Shown: in pieces, positions 12,201-21,528 of the stretch
Layout: each line of letters starts with the position of its first letter
Position numbering within the stretch: position 1 is the first letter of the stretch
Assembly (NCBI GenBank): GCA_000004985.1
Contig: GG738910.1
Strand: one strand, 5' to 3'
Length of the DNA: 64,000 bases
Source of the DNA: Naegleria gruberi
Taxonomy: Eukaryota
Translations under genes and position numbers: made by a program
The notes under the pieces: generated by a model
What the model saw: only the letters and a program-made list of their open reading frames with translations
Databases searched by the model: none
What the model was told of the DNA's origin: nothing

Positions 12201-13285
12201 TTTCCTGAACTATTCACCGGCACATTGATACGGTAAATGTTTGAATCAACTGAAGGATTTGATCCACTAGCTGACAACATTTTCATACCTTCAGGCAGAA
12301 CAATATCTGCAGAAACAGTACTGGAAGAACTAACAGAATCAAAAATAGAGGTCAACTTTCCACAAATTACATCATTATTGTCATCATAGTTGGCATATCT
12401 ATAAGCTCCCTCAATAGTACCAACTTTTCTAATGTTATCTAATAATTCTAAATTGTGGTGAGACCCAAATCCAACTGTGTGAATAGTAATATCACCTCTG
12501 TAAACTCTATTAATTTCTTCTGATAAGTATTGTAAACCTCCTGGTTTTCCTACCTTTGAGAAATCTTCTCCATCAGTCAAGAAGGTAATAACAACATTTC
12601 CAAATGGCAAATTTTCTCTATCTTGACCACTTTCTCTGGTAATAATAGTGCAGGCCAGTTGGAAAGCAGATGCAAAATCAGTACCACCACCAGTAAATGC
12701 AGTTTCAATGTTTCTAATAATACTTTGCAGGGTTCCTTTCATATCAATTTCCTTAGCAGAACTTTCATAAGCAACCATTCTGCAAATGATTGCAGGATTA
12801 TTGAAGGATTGCTGAGCGAAATGTTTCAAAGAAGTGCAAACTTGTTCCCATGGTCTTCCCTGCATAGATCCACTTACATCAGCTAGGGCAATAAATAATG
12901 TGGGTTTAGGATTCAAGGAGGGATCATTGACATGTATTGTCAGCTCAGCAACACCAATATCATGATCATCTAAATCAATTAAATGTTCAACTTCAATTCT
13001 GAAAAGGCTCTTTTCTTCAACTTGTTCAACTTTTTGATTAGAATTGTTTGGGTTTAAAACTTGATCTATCAAGGAGGCTAAATTAACATTCTTCGGAGCA
13101 GATTCAACATCAAATTCATCCAAATTTCCTCTACAACATGGACATGTACGGTATTCGATAGTAGAAAAATAATTAGCAAGTGATTGTCTGGAAAATGCTC
13201 TTCCACAACATGGGACTACAATAGGATCTTCGAGTAATTCTCTTGAAATTGGGCAGAGTAAATCGTCGTGTTCTTCAGTTAGCAT
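9203..13285 (-). CDS. Large U-box (RING-like) / von Willebrand A / ankyrin-repeat protein, putative E3 ubiquitin ligase scaffold (1360 aa)
   Basis: N-terminal U-box-like CPISRELLEDPIVVPCCGRAFSRQSL. vWA domain with a MIDAS-like DxSxS (LADVSGSM) and a downstream TDGED motif. At least 12 ankyrin repeats (GNTALHLACMKGNLVAVKLLVKLGASL, DGVVPLISCAQRGSVEIAEILISYGAEVN, GMTPLHIAMLRGNFDVIKVLI and others). A ~300-aa beta-rich C-terminal domain of unknown family. Confidence 0.8.
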   Translation of the reverse strand: MLTEEHDDLLCPISRELLEDPIVVPCCGRAFSRQSLANYFSTIEYRTCPCCRGNLDEFDVESAPKNVNLASLIDQVLNPNNSNQKVEQVEEKSLFRIEVEHLIDLDDHDIGVAELTIHVNDPSLNPKPTLFIALADVSGSMQGRPWEQVCTSLKHFAQQSFNNPAIICRMVAYESSAKEIDMKGTLQSIIRNIETAFTGGGTDFASAFQLACTIITRESGQDRENLPFGNVVITFLTDGEDFSKVGKPGGLQYLSEEINRVYRGDITIHTVGFGSHHNLELLDNIRKVGTIEGAYRYANYDDNNDVICGKLTSIFDSVSSSSTVSADIVLPEGMKMLSASGSNPSVDSNIYRINVPVNSSGKGLITRYVSCEPESEKSLRTELRMTGKEPLVLEVKQTRCPQRLRLKSLQRLASHHVDQLASQTLQLSNIDRKQYGEELFVFHCELLLRSCKAFNGVESYLNDKIMVISAEITKLKNGEGVNKNVLNDLKFSSMFAPKKEAEQTENKSKKTRTRNIQPPKFKSLTSGGSGGTSKYNMTKVHYTHGKKEFTDLHTAVVQLKNSELEDHINQKCLNLLDSTDRDGNTALHLACMKGNLVAVKLLVKLGASLTIINSSGLSALDLAILFGFDRTVTFLLDNGAKIASHNDYLMNYIFDRHFFRTASILLERKICHISNEVRNFVDGTCYKWIEDRETCAASEEMLDLAIKKNNLELFEKCIKSGFKPFEYHLYLAMDYGSLPIFKALAKTIDVNSIVGYEGAYESLLFVASGTGKLDYVKVLLENGADKEWRNDKGNTPLWIACCNARIDVVETLLESGSDPNTRNDDGVVPLISCAQRGSVEIAEILISYGAEVNTPNKNGDNPLIIACRTGQAEILEIFLSKATEEDLQYCAKIDGFNAVFSAAEQDRADCILTLHRFGASVKCRTRPDNQIIQYATPLHLTALYNCAAAAKVLLDLGADINAEDLAGMTPLHIAMLRGNFDVIKVLISRNANMFALDKAGNMPGAYCHGINPDLLVDPLYPYLVKIARGEYGLLENKFIEVLKNNSHLAGYLDPREITNVRGLVAGCALIEAVVYGNLNAAKAFIELGADASIQDQCGMNSRDWAEIVGGMMKTNIPGTPNPELINKLNSILGKDKQLITMVGKPPSAGNVTVNLPSINDLDEPVTQELIIEPMKLADHPNWIGGKNVFLKEMFNVKRQVIGKIASGSNLSPRTWAILYLIAGETSARQIFNEHPQSIQMGDVPKFDGECFIVEQKVDKKVDRSKFVPGSTVGWNKFQVAGLNWNIPKQGTLFLIKSKSGVRVGQKIVFDTKTKFKVTNWYKADATCIAQKNIRESCFKLEDIEKFKPTDSPIIIELEEQ

Positions 13286-13429
13286 TTTTATTTTAATAAT
13301 TTAATCAATGTGAACTTTGGTGTAAAGTATTTAAAGATCGAGATTGAAGGTGGAATGCAAAAATGAAAATGAAAATACGGAACCTTCGGAAAGGTAGGTT
13401 GAATGTACAGAGTTCTAACTAAGGTTTTG

Positions 13430-16400
13430 TTAAATGTTGGAAATTATTGCCTCACTCTTCTGATTTTCCTCATTTACATCCTCAAGAGATTCGAATTCTA
13501 TTATTGGATTTTCGTGGTGAATAGGTTGAATGAGATAGGTCTGACATTCTCCTTTTCCTTTCACCTGAACAATTCTCTCTTCGTAGGTGTACATATCATG
13601 TACTCTTTCATAGGTTGCTCTAGAAATTTGAATTCTTCCTGCTATTGAGGTTGATTCCATTCTTGAGGCAGTATTCACTGTATCACCCCACAAATCAAAT
13701 GCAAACTTTCTCTTTCCAATAACACCAGATGTAGCTGGTCCAGTATTGATACCAACACGGATATTAATTTGATGAGGAGGTATTAATTGTTGTTGATTAT
13801 TTTCAAATCTCTCTCTAATAAACTTCTCTATTGTTTTGGTATTGTAATTTTTGATAACTCCAAATGATTCACAAGCAAATTTACACATTCTTTCAGCATG
13901 ATCTGAATCTGGAAGTTCGTTGAGACCGGAAACTGCAAAATAAGCATCTCCAATAGTCTTGATTTTTTCAATATTATATTTCAATGTCAAATCATCAAAA
14001 CCATTAACAATTTCATTTAACAATCCTACCAATTCGTGGGAGGCCATGTTGGAAGACATTTGTGTGAATCCAACCATATCTGAGAAGAAACATGTAATGC
14101 AATTCAATTTCTCTGAAATAAAACTCTCTCCGGTAGAATTTTTCAACTTGTTAGCAACTGAGAAAGGTAGAATGTTTAGTAACAATTCTTCAGAGTGTTT
14201 CTTCTCATCCTGTAATAGGGCATTCTTTTTCTTCTCAGAGGTTTGATCAGCAATGAAACAAACAACCAACTCCTTTCCCTTATGCAGCACAACAAATATG
14301 CTAATCTTGCTTGGAAATTTCGTCTTGTTCTTTCTAATACATTCTCCTTCAAAAGTCTCTCCTGTGGAAACATCCTCGTTAGATTGATTGCTTCGTATAG
14401 ATTGCACTATTGCCTCTACGGATTTTTTTACCTTATCCTTAATAGCGTCCTCAAACAAATCGAATATTGATGTTCCTATGATTTCAGTCTTGTTGTATCC
14501 AAACATGGTTTGGGCAACTGGATTAAAGGCATCAATATCACCTTTTGAATTCCAACACATAGCTACTCCATCTATTGAGGCATTCAAAACAGATTGAATG
14601 ATAGAGGTATTGTTATCATTGAGAGCATATACCTTGTTAGATTTTGAGAAAGTCCTTTTTAAAGTAGCTGTGGCACCTGTGGATCTTGCCTTTGGATCTA
14701 CTTGATGGAATAAAATATAGTTTCTCAAGTCCTCAGAGCTTTCTATGGCATCTGTATTCAAATAGTTTAGAATCATTCTCAAAGAGTTAACTCCATCAGA
14801 ATAACTACTGAATTGCTTGTAAATAAAGAAGAATAATATTGTTATGAATGGAACAGTCACAATTCCAAAACCTGTGTCAAGTGAGAATAAGGGAACTGCC
14901 GCATAAATAGCAAATATACCTGAGAATTCTATCAATGTAGAGGACACATGTGTCATGTACAGTAAAACTTGGGCATACAGCTCGTGAACATCACTGGATT
15001 TTGATGAAACTTTTTGAGATAGCAAAACTGTCAAATCCAACATTGTAGCTACAACGGTGTCCATGCTTATTGTGCAATTGCTACCATATTTTTTCACTTC
15101 TTGAAAAGTACAGTTATCGTCTCCTCTAATTATCATATCGATTTCAGGGTACATGCCTATCACTAAAGTTTCGTCCTTCTTTGTTGAAGATCCATACATA
15201 CATAAATTCCAAAAATATCTTACTTTGGCCACCAATGGCTCTATTTCCGAATACAGGGCATAAACTTCTGAACTGGTTCTCAGTGGAGGGTTGATTATTG
15301 GCAAAGAGCTTGGAAGAGAGGTATGCATATACAGCTCTGTTACTGCAAAAATTAAATGTTGAAGATAATAGGCAGCGTCATTTGAATCTTTCATAGTAAC
15401 ATAGGATTGACGAGCATACACGCCGTTTCCAGTCATTTCCTCTACAAAAAGACCACAACTTAACGAAGTGAACACCAAAATACCAACAGCCGTGAATATT
15501 ACCAACATTCTTGGATTGAATACCTTACTGTATTCTATTTTAAGAGAAACATCTCTTCTACCATTTCTTGCATTCAACGAGTGATAAATTTTTCCAATAA
15601 TGTTTTTAGAAATAGACTTCTCATAAAGTTTGAAAATACTATCCGTAAATTTCAAATCCTTATAGACATAGTAAATAAATAATATTCCTAGTAGTAGATA
15701 AATGAATAAGAGACTAAAATACACTCCAATTATAATATACTGATACATAGCTCCATTATCGATTGATCTGTCCATATACTGGTTACAAAATGAATTAAAG
15801 GCCTGAATTACAGTGTCATTATTGTAGTATACCCACATAAATGCATAATCATCATATGTACTATTATGACCAGAATCTATAGAGCTGATCAGATCTGTGA
15901 CAGAGGATATGGCCATATTGGTAAAGTCAGCAATGGTGGCATTAATTTGAATGAAAGAAGTGAAAGATTGGTTATTACTACCGTACACAGTTTGAGGCTT
16001 GTAGAGAGGATAATACACTTCATGGAAATCAGAATATAAAGCAAGTGAAAACTTTCCATGACTGGCCATGTTTTTGATAGTTTGATAAGTATTAATGATG
16101 TCGTTAAGAGCGGCTCTATGACTCTGTTTATATTCGAGCACTGTTTCATATCCATAATCTTTCATCATCTGTGACCAATCAGATTCATTCTTATAGAGAT
16201 AGGAAAAGGCTTGGAAAGTTCTGACCTCAGATATTGTGTGAGTATTTGTAGAAATGGTGGAACATGAAGTAAATACAAGCATAACCTCAGAAGTTACCAT
16301 ATAGGAAAAGTAAATTGACATCGAAAGACAAACAGCAAAAAATAATAATGAAAATAAAACAAAAGCTACAAAAAGTGAACATCTGAAACTTGTAGAATGA

Positions 16401-18661
16401 GGAATAGCCAAATTGTTTCTGAACACGTCATTTCTGTTCTCAATCCCATCAAATGATTCCCCAACTACATTCATACTAGGATCTGATGCGTTATCATCTT
16501 CTGTTGCAGACATATTGAAGGCCTTGTTCTTTCTGTACATTGAATCTGAGCCACTAAATCTATATTTGGCCTTATTAGATACTGATCGCCTAACCTTTGC
16601 CTTCATTGCATTCTTTTCCTCTGCCTCTAACTTGATTGCCTCTGTGAATAATTCAGTTGCTTCTTCCTTGTTAAACATGAACGACTCTAAAAATTTTCCA
16701 TACGAAATAACTAAGTCCTTATCAGAAGGATATGCAGACAACAGATTATTGTAGGTAGTGTCAGAACTTTCAATAATTGAACCAATTTTAAGAACTGTAG
16801 CCTCTAGAATATTATAATTTACAATCTCATTCATTAATTCTTTCCATACATCTCTGTGCAGAGATCTCAAGATATCTTGTTGTAATTCCAGGTCTTCCAA
16901 ACTATTTTGAAGTTCATACCTTGTGGTTCCAGTTTCATTCTTGGCAATTTCTTTCAATTTTACATTAATTTGATATTTGTAGTAAAGGCCAGGTTTTCTT
17001 CTCTTAATTTTAGATAGTACTGATTTGGAAAAAGTTTGTGCGTTGGAATCGGCAATATTGACATTGGATATAATGGATGCAAAGAGAATGAGTAAACTGT
17101 AATCTGTGAATGAACTTTGAGTAGTAATTCCCTTGATAAATGCAATAGTTGCATCAACATCATAAACACTAACATTTCCACCAATTGATCTTATATAGGA
17201 GTTACTAAGAAAGGAAAATTTGAGAAAAAGGGCAAGAGATTTCTGGTATCCACTCTCCATAATACCTTGATAAAAGTAAAATGATCCAGACTCTAGTACC
17301 TTTAAGAAACTAAGGTCAGCTGCATTCTCATTACCATCTGTGGCTTCTTGGTTTGTAGTATTTTCGTCAGTGCTAGTACTGGCAAACTCTGAAATATTGT
17401 TCCTAATTAATTTCAAGTGACGTCTTACAACAAACTCAACAAACACACAATACGTAATACCAAATAAAACAGCTAGAACCAGAACAAAACAAGCAAGCCC
17501 TATCCCCAATCCATTATAGTCAAACGACGACTTTGGAACTGTGGTAAATAATATGTTTGAAACAAGTGCTGCCAAGGCTGCTCCAACTCTAGCTCCTAAA
17601 CCTATTCCGAACAATGAGTTATCAATTTTTTTGTAAAAAGGCATAGTTTTAAAATGAAGTATTGCCAATCCAATACTACATATCAAGTGTATAGCACTTC
17701 TTACGTATGAGTATTGAAAAGGTACCAACATTTGAACGCATAATTGTATCAAGGTTGTGGACTGCAAGCAGGCAATAATAATTGGACTCTCTGAAATGAA
17801 TGGGGTTGAATTGAGCATGTGACAATTTGTAGTAATAAAGAGGCAAACTCCATTCAAAATGATCAATAATATGGATGCCAATGAGAACACTATCGTAAAC
17901 AATATTTGTGTTTGCGACATTGACGAATAGCATGAAATTTTCTCATTTGGAAAACTAGTGAGTACACCTTGATCCAAATCACAATTGAAAATAGTATTCA
18001 TCATTACAAATAAGAATACGCTTGAACCAAGCAAAAATACTCTACATGAAATGGAAAAAACCTGTCTCAAATATGGCAGAAATTTCGAAGTAATCTTAAA
18101 GGCATACATTGATGCTCCTACAACACAACATAATATAAATACAAAACCAACTCCTACAAAGGAAATAACAACCGAGCCAATATAAGGAAGTCTATCCAAT
18201 GACAAACTTAATGGCCAGTTTAAAACGTTAGCCAACCATACTCCCCATTCTCCATATGTTGAGCTGGTCAAGCTTTCTCCTAAAACAGGCAAAAATATTC
18301 CAATATACAAAAAGTAAATATTCAAAACTAGGAAGAATATGTAATTCTTGTATCCTTTCTTCAATCCACCATCTTGAAAATAGAACAAATAGGAAAAAAA
18401 AGAGGAAAGTATTTTCTTTGCGTTGTACTGATTTGTTTGTAAACTAGTAGAGGTTGAAGCAACTGTACTAGTTTCGTTTGGATTACTCGTCTCGGCTGCT
18501 GGCGAAATTACACTACCAATAGCTATGGATGACATGGAAGAGTTCATATTAATGTTTTTAGTGGAGGGAGTCCTGTCAAATGCTGCTTTTGACACACCTC
18601 TTTCTAAAGGATGATGGCGATCCATTGTTTTTTTAGCCTTTGTTCTTTTGCCAACCATCAT
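13430..18661 (-). CDS. Receptor-type class III adenylate/guanylate cyclase with many transmembrane segments, a PAS domain and a single C-terminal cyclase homology domain (1743 aa)
   Basis: About 14 hydrophobic helices in the N-terminal two-thirds. PAS-like region IDGVAMCWNSKGDIDAFNPVAQTMFGYNKTEIIGTSIFDLF. Cyclase domain FFSDMVGFTQMS...IKTIGDAYFAVSGL...IRVGINTGPATSGVIGKRKFAFDLWGDTVNTASRMES. One catalytic domain implies a homodimeric enzyme. Confidence 0.85.
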   Translation of the reverse strand: MMVGKRTKAKKTMDRHHPLERGVSKAAFDRTPSTKNINMNSSMSSIAIGSVISPAAETSNPNETSTVASTSTSLQTNQYNAKKILSSFFSYLFYFQDGGLKKGYKNYIFFLVLNIYFLYIGIFLPVLGESLTSSTYGEWGVWLANVLNWPLSLSLDRLPYIGSVVISFVGVGFVFILCCVVGASMYAFKITSKFLPYLRQVFSISCRVFLLGSSVFLFVMMNTIFNCDLDQGVLTSFPNEKISCYSSMSQTQILFTIVFSLASILLIILNGVCLFITTNCHMLNSTPFISESPIIIACLQSTTLIQLCVQMLVPFQYSYVRSAIHLICSIGLAILHFKTMPFYKKIDNSLFGIGLGARVGAALAALVSNILFTTVPKSSFDYNGLGIGLACFVLVLAVLFGITYCVFVEFVVRRHLKLIRNNISEFASTSTDENTTNQEATDGNENAADLSFLKVLESGSFYFYQGIMESGYQKSLALFLKFSFLSNSYIRSIGGNVSVYDVDATIAFIKGITTQSSFTDYSLLILFASIISNVNIADSNAQTFSKSVLSKIKRRKPGLYYKYQINVKLKEIAKNETGTTRYELQNSLEDLELQQDILRSLHRDVWKELMNEIVNYNILEATVLKIGSIIESSDTTYNNLLSAYPSDKDLVISYGKFLESFMFNKEEATELFTEAIKLEAEEKNAMKAKVRRSVSNKAKYRFSGSDSMYRKNKAFNMSATEDDNASDPSMNVVGESFDGIENRNDVFRNNLAIPHSTSFRCSLFVAFVLFSLLFFAVCLSMSIYFSYMVTSEVMLVFTSCSTISTNTHTISEVRTFQAFSYLYKNESDWSQMMKDYGYETVLEYKQSHRAALNDIINTYQTIKNMASHGKFSLALYSDFHEVYYPLYKPQTVYGSNNQSFTSFIQINATIADFTNMAISSVTDLISSIDSGHNSTYDDYAFMWVYYNNDTVIQAFNSFCNQYMDRSIDNGAMYQYIIIGVYFSLLFIYLLLGILFIYYVYKDLKFTDSIFKLYEKSISKNIIGKIYHSLNARNGRRDVSLKIEYSKVFNPRMLVIFTAVGILVFTSLSCGLFVEEMTGNGVYARQSYVTMKDSNDAAYYLQHLIFAVTELYMHTSLPSSLPIINPPLRTSSEVYALYSEIEPLVAKVRYFWNLCMYGSSTKKDETLVIGMYPEIDMIIRGDDNCTFQEVKKYGSNCTISMDTVVATMLDLTVLLSQKVSSKSSDVHELYAQVLLYMTHVSSTLIEFSGIFAIYAAVPLFSLDTGFGIVTVPFITILFFFIYKQFSSYSDGVNSLRMILNYLNTDAIESSEDLRNYILFHQVDPKARSTGATATLKRTFSKSNKVYALNDNNTSIIQSVLNASIDGVAMCWNSKGDIDAFNPVAQTMFGYNKTEIIGTSIFDLFEDAIKDKVKKSVEAIVQSIRSNQSNEDVSTGETFEGECIRKNKTKFPSKISIFVVLHKGKELVVCFIADQTSEKKKNALLQDEKKHSEELLLNILPFSVANKLKNSTGESFISEKLNCITCFFSDMVGFTQMSSNMASHELVGLLNEIVNGFDDLTLKYNIEKIKTIGDAYFAVSGLNELPDSDHAERMCKFACESFGVIKNYNTKTIEKFIRERFENNQQQLIPPHQINIRVGINTGPATSGVIGKRKFAFDLWGDTVNTASRMESTSIAGRIQISRATYERVHDMYTYEERIVQVKGKGECQTYLIQPIHHENPIIEFESLEDVNEENQKSEAIISNI

Positions 18662-19611
18662 TTCCTTTTACTAAACTACAACATTGTTTATCATCACATC
18701 ACAGCCCATTAAATATTATTACTGCAAGAGATAAACAGCTAACACTTGAGATAATTCCATCAACGGTTAATTTCATTTTACCAAATTCCATAAAATTATG
18801 ATGATAAATTAACTACATCTGCTTTAACAGTATTAATTTCATTTTTTTAAGGTAGTCACCAAAATTTTATTCACAATCACTGCCACACAACACACGAGCT
18901 GATTATATACAAGGACAACTTTTGCAGTACATGAGCATGATTTCTTATTCTTTCTTTTTCGGAAATTAATTACTGTTGAATGTGTATGTAGATCAATATT
19001 CTCTTTTGCATGCTACAGAAACAGTCTAGGGACTTCATTGCAATTTCATTTAAAATTTGTAGAAAAATCCGAAAATAAAATTAATTGGTTTTGAATACGG
19101 AAACACAATAAGTAAAGTTGGAGCTGCAGTTTGCAGCCTATCAAGCTGCTCGTGGTTCTGTATTTAGTGTCCGCCAACTTCAAATATAAAAAAATGGTTT
19201 GTTGTGGCGCACAATGCTTGGTTGTTTTTGCAAACTACGGAATGACATAGTATTTTAATTAATTTCAAGAGGAGAACATGATAAATTAATTTTTCCAGAC
19301 ATCTTGCAATTCTATCGAATTCTGAACATTTTGATAGTTTTTGTTTGTTTTTATGTGAAGGTCTGTTATTGTGATGGTGGTGAAACTGTTAGCATAAACT
19401 ACAGACACTTTGGGTACATCATATCCCTTCTGCTTGATCGCACTCAATCAAACCATTGAAAAAAGTACGGTCTCGGTCCACGATGCGTACCAAAAATGTT
19501 CTCCGATTACCGATTTGCACTTTGTAGTGAGAGATAAAAATGACCATTAAATTCTCAGTTTAAAAAAAACATTCAAAGATTCAATAAATAATAATATTCA
19601 ATTTATTAATA

Positions 19612-20025
19612 ATGGAGCTTTCAATACCATCAGCAATAGGAGTACCAATAGAGTGTATTTCTTCACCACATACAATTGCTTCATCAATACGGCCTTTTAC
19701 TGCAGTGTCATCTTCTCAATTAAAAAGTACTACAACAACAATAGATAAGAAGAGAAGACTCAGCAATCCCCCAAAGCCAGTAGTAAACTTTAATGGCTTT
19801 AAACATTTTGTGAGACATGTTAGAAATAACTCTCGTATTTTGGATGAAGAAGTTGTGCCAGAAGAACCAACAGAAGCAGTCCCAGTTACAACAGTCAAGA
19901 AAGTTGTTACTGTGCGCTCCAATAGCAAGATCTTTTCTTTCACGCATTCAATACTGGTGCTGTATGGAGTTTTATTAGCATTGGCTCTGTTTACCATCAT
20001 CAGTGCTTTAATTATTTTAGATTAA
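19612..20025 (+). CDS. Small hypothetical protein with C-terminal transmembrane anchor (tail-anchored-like)
   Basis: 137-aa ORF ending in a hydrophobic helix ILVLYGVLLALALFTIISALIILD. No family recognised. Antisense ORFs overlap it. Weak support. Confidence 0.3.
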   Translation: MELSIPSAIGVPIECISSPHTIASSIRPFTAVSSSQLKSTTTTIDKKRRLSNPPKPVVNFNGFKHFVRHVRNNSRILDEEVVPEEPTEAVPVTTVKKVVTVRSNSKIFSFTHSILVLYGVLLALALFTIISALIILD

Positions 20026-20136
20026 CAAACCATACACCCGAGAATCTCTCTAATGTACATAATACTAACAGAAATCTAATTTACAATGTAAATAATGTAA
20101 ATAAACTGCATCCTAATAGGGACATCACTAAAAAAA

Positions 20137-21528
20137 ATGCAAAGACTTGTCACATGGATTCTTGTTTGTCTGTGCTTGGTGACTTGTAATGCAAATATGG
20201 CTAGTGGTGTTGAGCAGAACAGGAATGTGAGAAAATATCATAATAATATCAAAGCTGGGAGCACTTCATCATATGTTCAGCCTGGCATTAATAATTCTTT
20301 ACAACCTCTGTTTGGACATAATATTGGATTAATTACTAACCCGTCTGGACAAAATTATCAATTATCACAATCAACAATTGATTTACTGATGGAGTTGACA
20401 AAACAGGGCTATTTGAATTTGGTTGCACTTTTTGCTCCCGAACATGGAATTTATGGTGACAAGCCTCCAGGGCAATTCTTTAATGATTATATTGACCCAT
20501 ACACTAAATTACCTGTTTATAGTTTATATAGTGAAACTAATCCGACTCATGAACCACTTCCTTACATGTTGAAAAATGTTACAATGCTAGTTTCGGATAT
20601 TCAAGATGTTGGAATGAGACCTTTCACGTTCATTAGTACAATGTGTGAAGGATTAATTGGAGCAAAGAAAAATTCAATCAAGTTCACAGTTTTGGATAGA
20701 ATTAATTATTTGAATGGAAACATTATAGCTGGTCCAATTTTGAATATGAAATACAAAAGTTTTATTGGAATTTATAAATTACCAATTGTAACTGGTATGA
20801 CTATGGGCGAATTGGCTCTATTGTTTGACAAGGAAATGTATATTAATTTAGACAATGATCTAACAATTATTCCAATAGTAGATGATAGTTCTCAAACCTA
20901 CGGGAAATACAGACCTTCATTCAGAGAAATAAGACAAGTATTCAGACAACCAATATTATATCTACCACCAAGTCCAAATTTGCCAACAATAGAAAGTGTA
21001 GAGTTGTACTCTGGAATGGTCTTGTTTGAAAGTCTGTTCAACATATCTATTGGAAGAGGAACAACAAATCCATTCCAAGTCATTGGTTCTCCATTCATTG
21101 ATTCAAGAAAATGGATGAGCTTTTTGCAACAAGAATTTGCTACAGAACTATCTCTCTATTTCAAATACGTTCAGCTTTCATATCCCACTTATTTTATTCC
21201 ATCTCTTGATATCCACCAGAATGCTCCATGTGAGGGAATTCGTTTAGTGTTAAAACCACTCGATTACAACAATATTACAAACATTGAAGAGTACTATAGA
21301 AGCTTTTTACCCCTCTCTCTTACCCTCATGAAATCTTTACTCAAACTTTACGGAAAGGAATTGCTAATTTGGAGAACTGATTTTGCTCATATTCTCATTG
21401 GATCTGAAGAAACAATATCACAAATATTGGACAATTCTGTGACAGTGGGAGAGATTGTCAATTCATGGAATAAGGATCTTGTCAAGTTCGACAAGAATGT
21501 CAGGCAAAAGTATTTAATTTACAAATGA
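20137..21528 (+). CDS. Secreted DUF1343 family protein (bacterial NamZ/YbbC exo-beta-N-acetylmuramidase-like)
   Basis: N-terminal signal peptide MQRLVTWILVCLCLVTCNA. Conserved DUF1343 blocks as I recall them from bacterial YbbC/NamZ: GLITNPSG, LVALFAPEHGIYG, LPVYSLYSE, VSDIQDVGMRPFTFISTM, VLDRINYLNGNIIAGPILN, KYKSFIGIYKLPIVTGMTMGELALLF, PPSPNLPTIESVELYSGMVLFESL..IGRGTTNPFQVIGSPFI. Single intronless ORF. Confidence 0.7.
   Translation: MQRLVTWILVCLCLVTCNANMASGVEQNRNVRKYHNNIKAGSTSSYVQPGINNSLQPLFGHNIGLITNPSGQNYQLSQSTIDLLMELTKQGYLNLVALFAPEHGIYGDKPPGQFFNDYIDPYTKLPVYSLYSETNPTHEPLPYMLKNVTMLVSDIQDVGMRPFTFISTMCEGLIGAKKNSIKFTVLDRINYLNGNIIAGPILNMKYKSFIGIYKLPIVTGMTMGELALLFDKEMYINLDNDLTIIPIVDDSSQTYGKYRPSFREIRQVFRQPILYLPPSPNLPTIESVELYSGMVLFESLFNISIGRGTTNPFQVIGSPFIDSRKWMSFLQQEFATELSLYFKYVQLSYPTYFIPSLDIHQNAPCEGIRLVLKPLDYNNITNIEEYYRSFLPLSLTLMKSLLKLYGKELLIWRTDFAHILIGSEETISQILDNSVTVGEIVNSWNKDLVKFDKNVRQKYLIYK

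Noticed and set aside
9203-13285. Giant-virus origin suggested by the huge ankyrin-repeat ORF and AT-richness
   Set aside because: Neighbouring genes are standard nuclear housekeeping genes with introns (GMD, PP2A, NDUFB9). Retroelement relics are present and no viral hallmark genes are seen.
13959-14597. Short ORFs nested in or antisense to the large cyclase, RasGEF, U-box and TAF1 genes (for example 13959..14246, 26250..26493, 10492..11019, 32618..32902)
   Set aside because: They lie inside much longer, domain-supported ORFs on the opposite strand or another frame. Such ORFs are common by chance; no independent support.
19123-19137. Small GC-rich palindromes in intergenic DNA (GCTGCAGTTTGCAGC at 19123..19137; ACCAACCGCGTTGGT at 47008..47022)
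   Set aside because: Stems are short (6 bp), single-copy, and lack conserved context. They may be TF sites or chance. Not enough to call an ncRNA or regulatory element.
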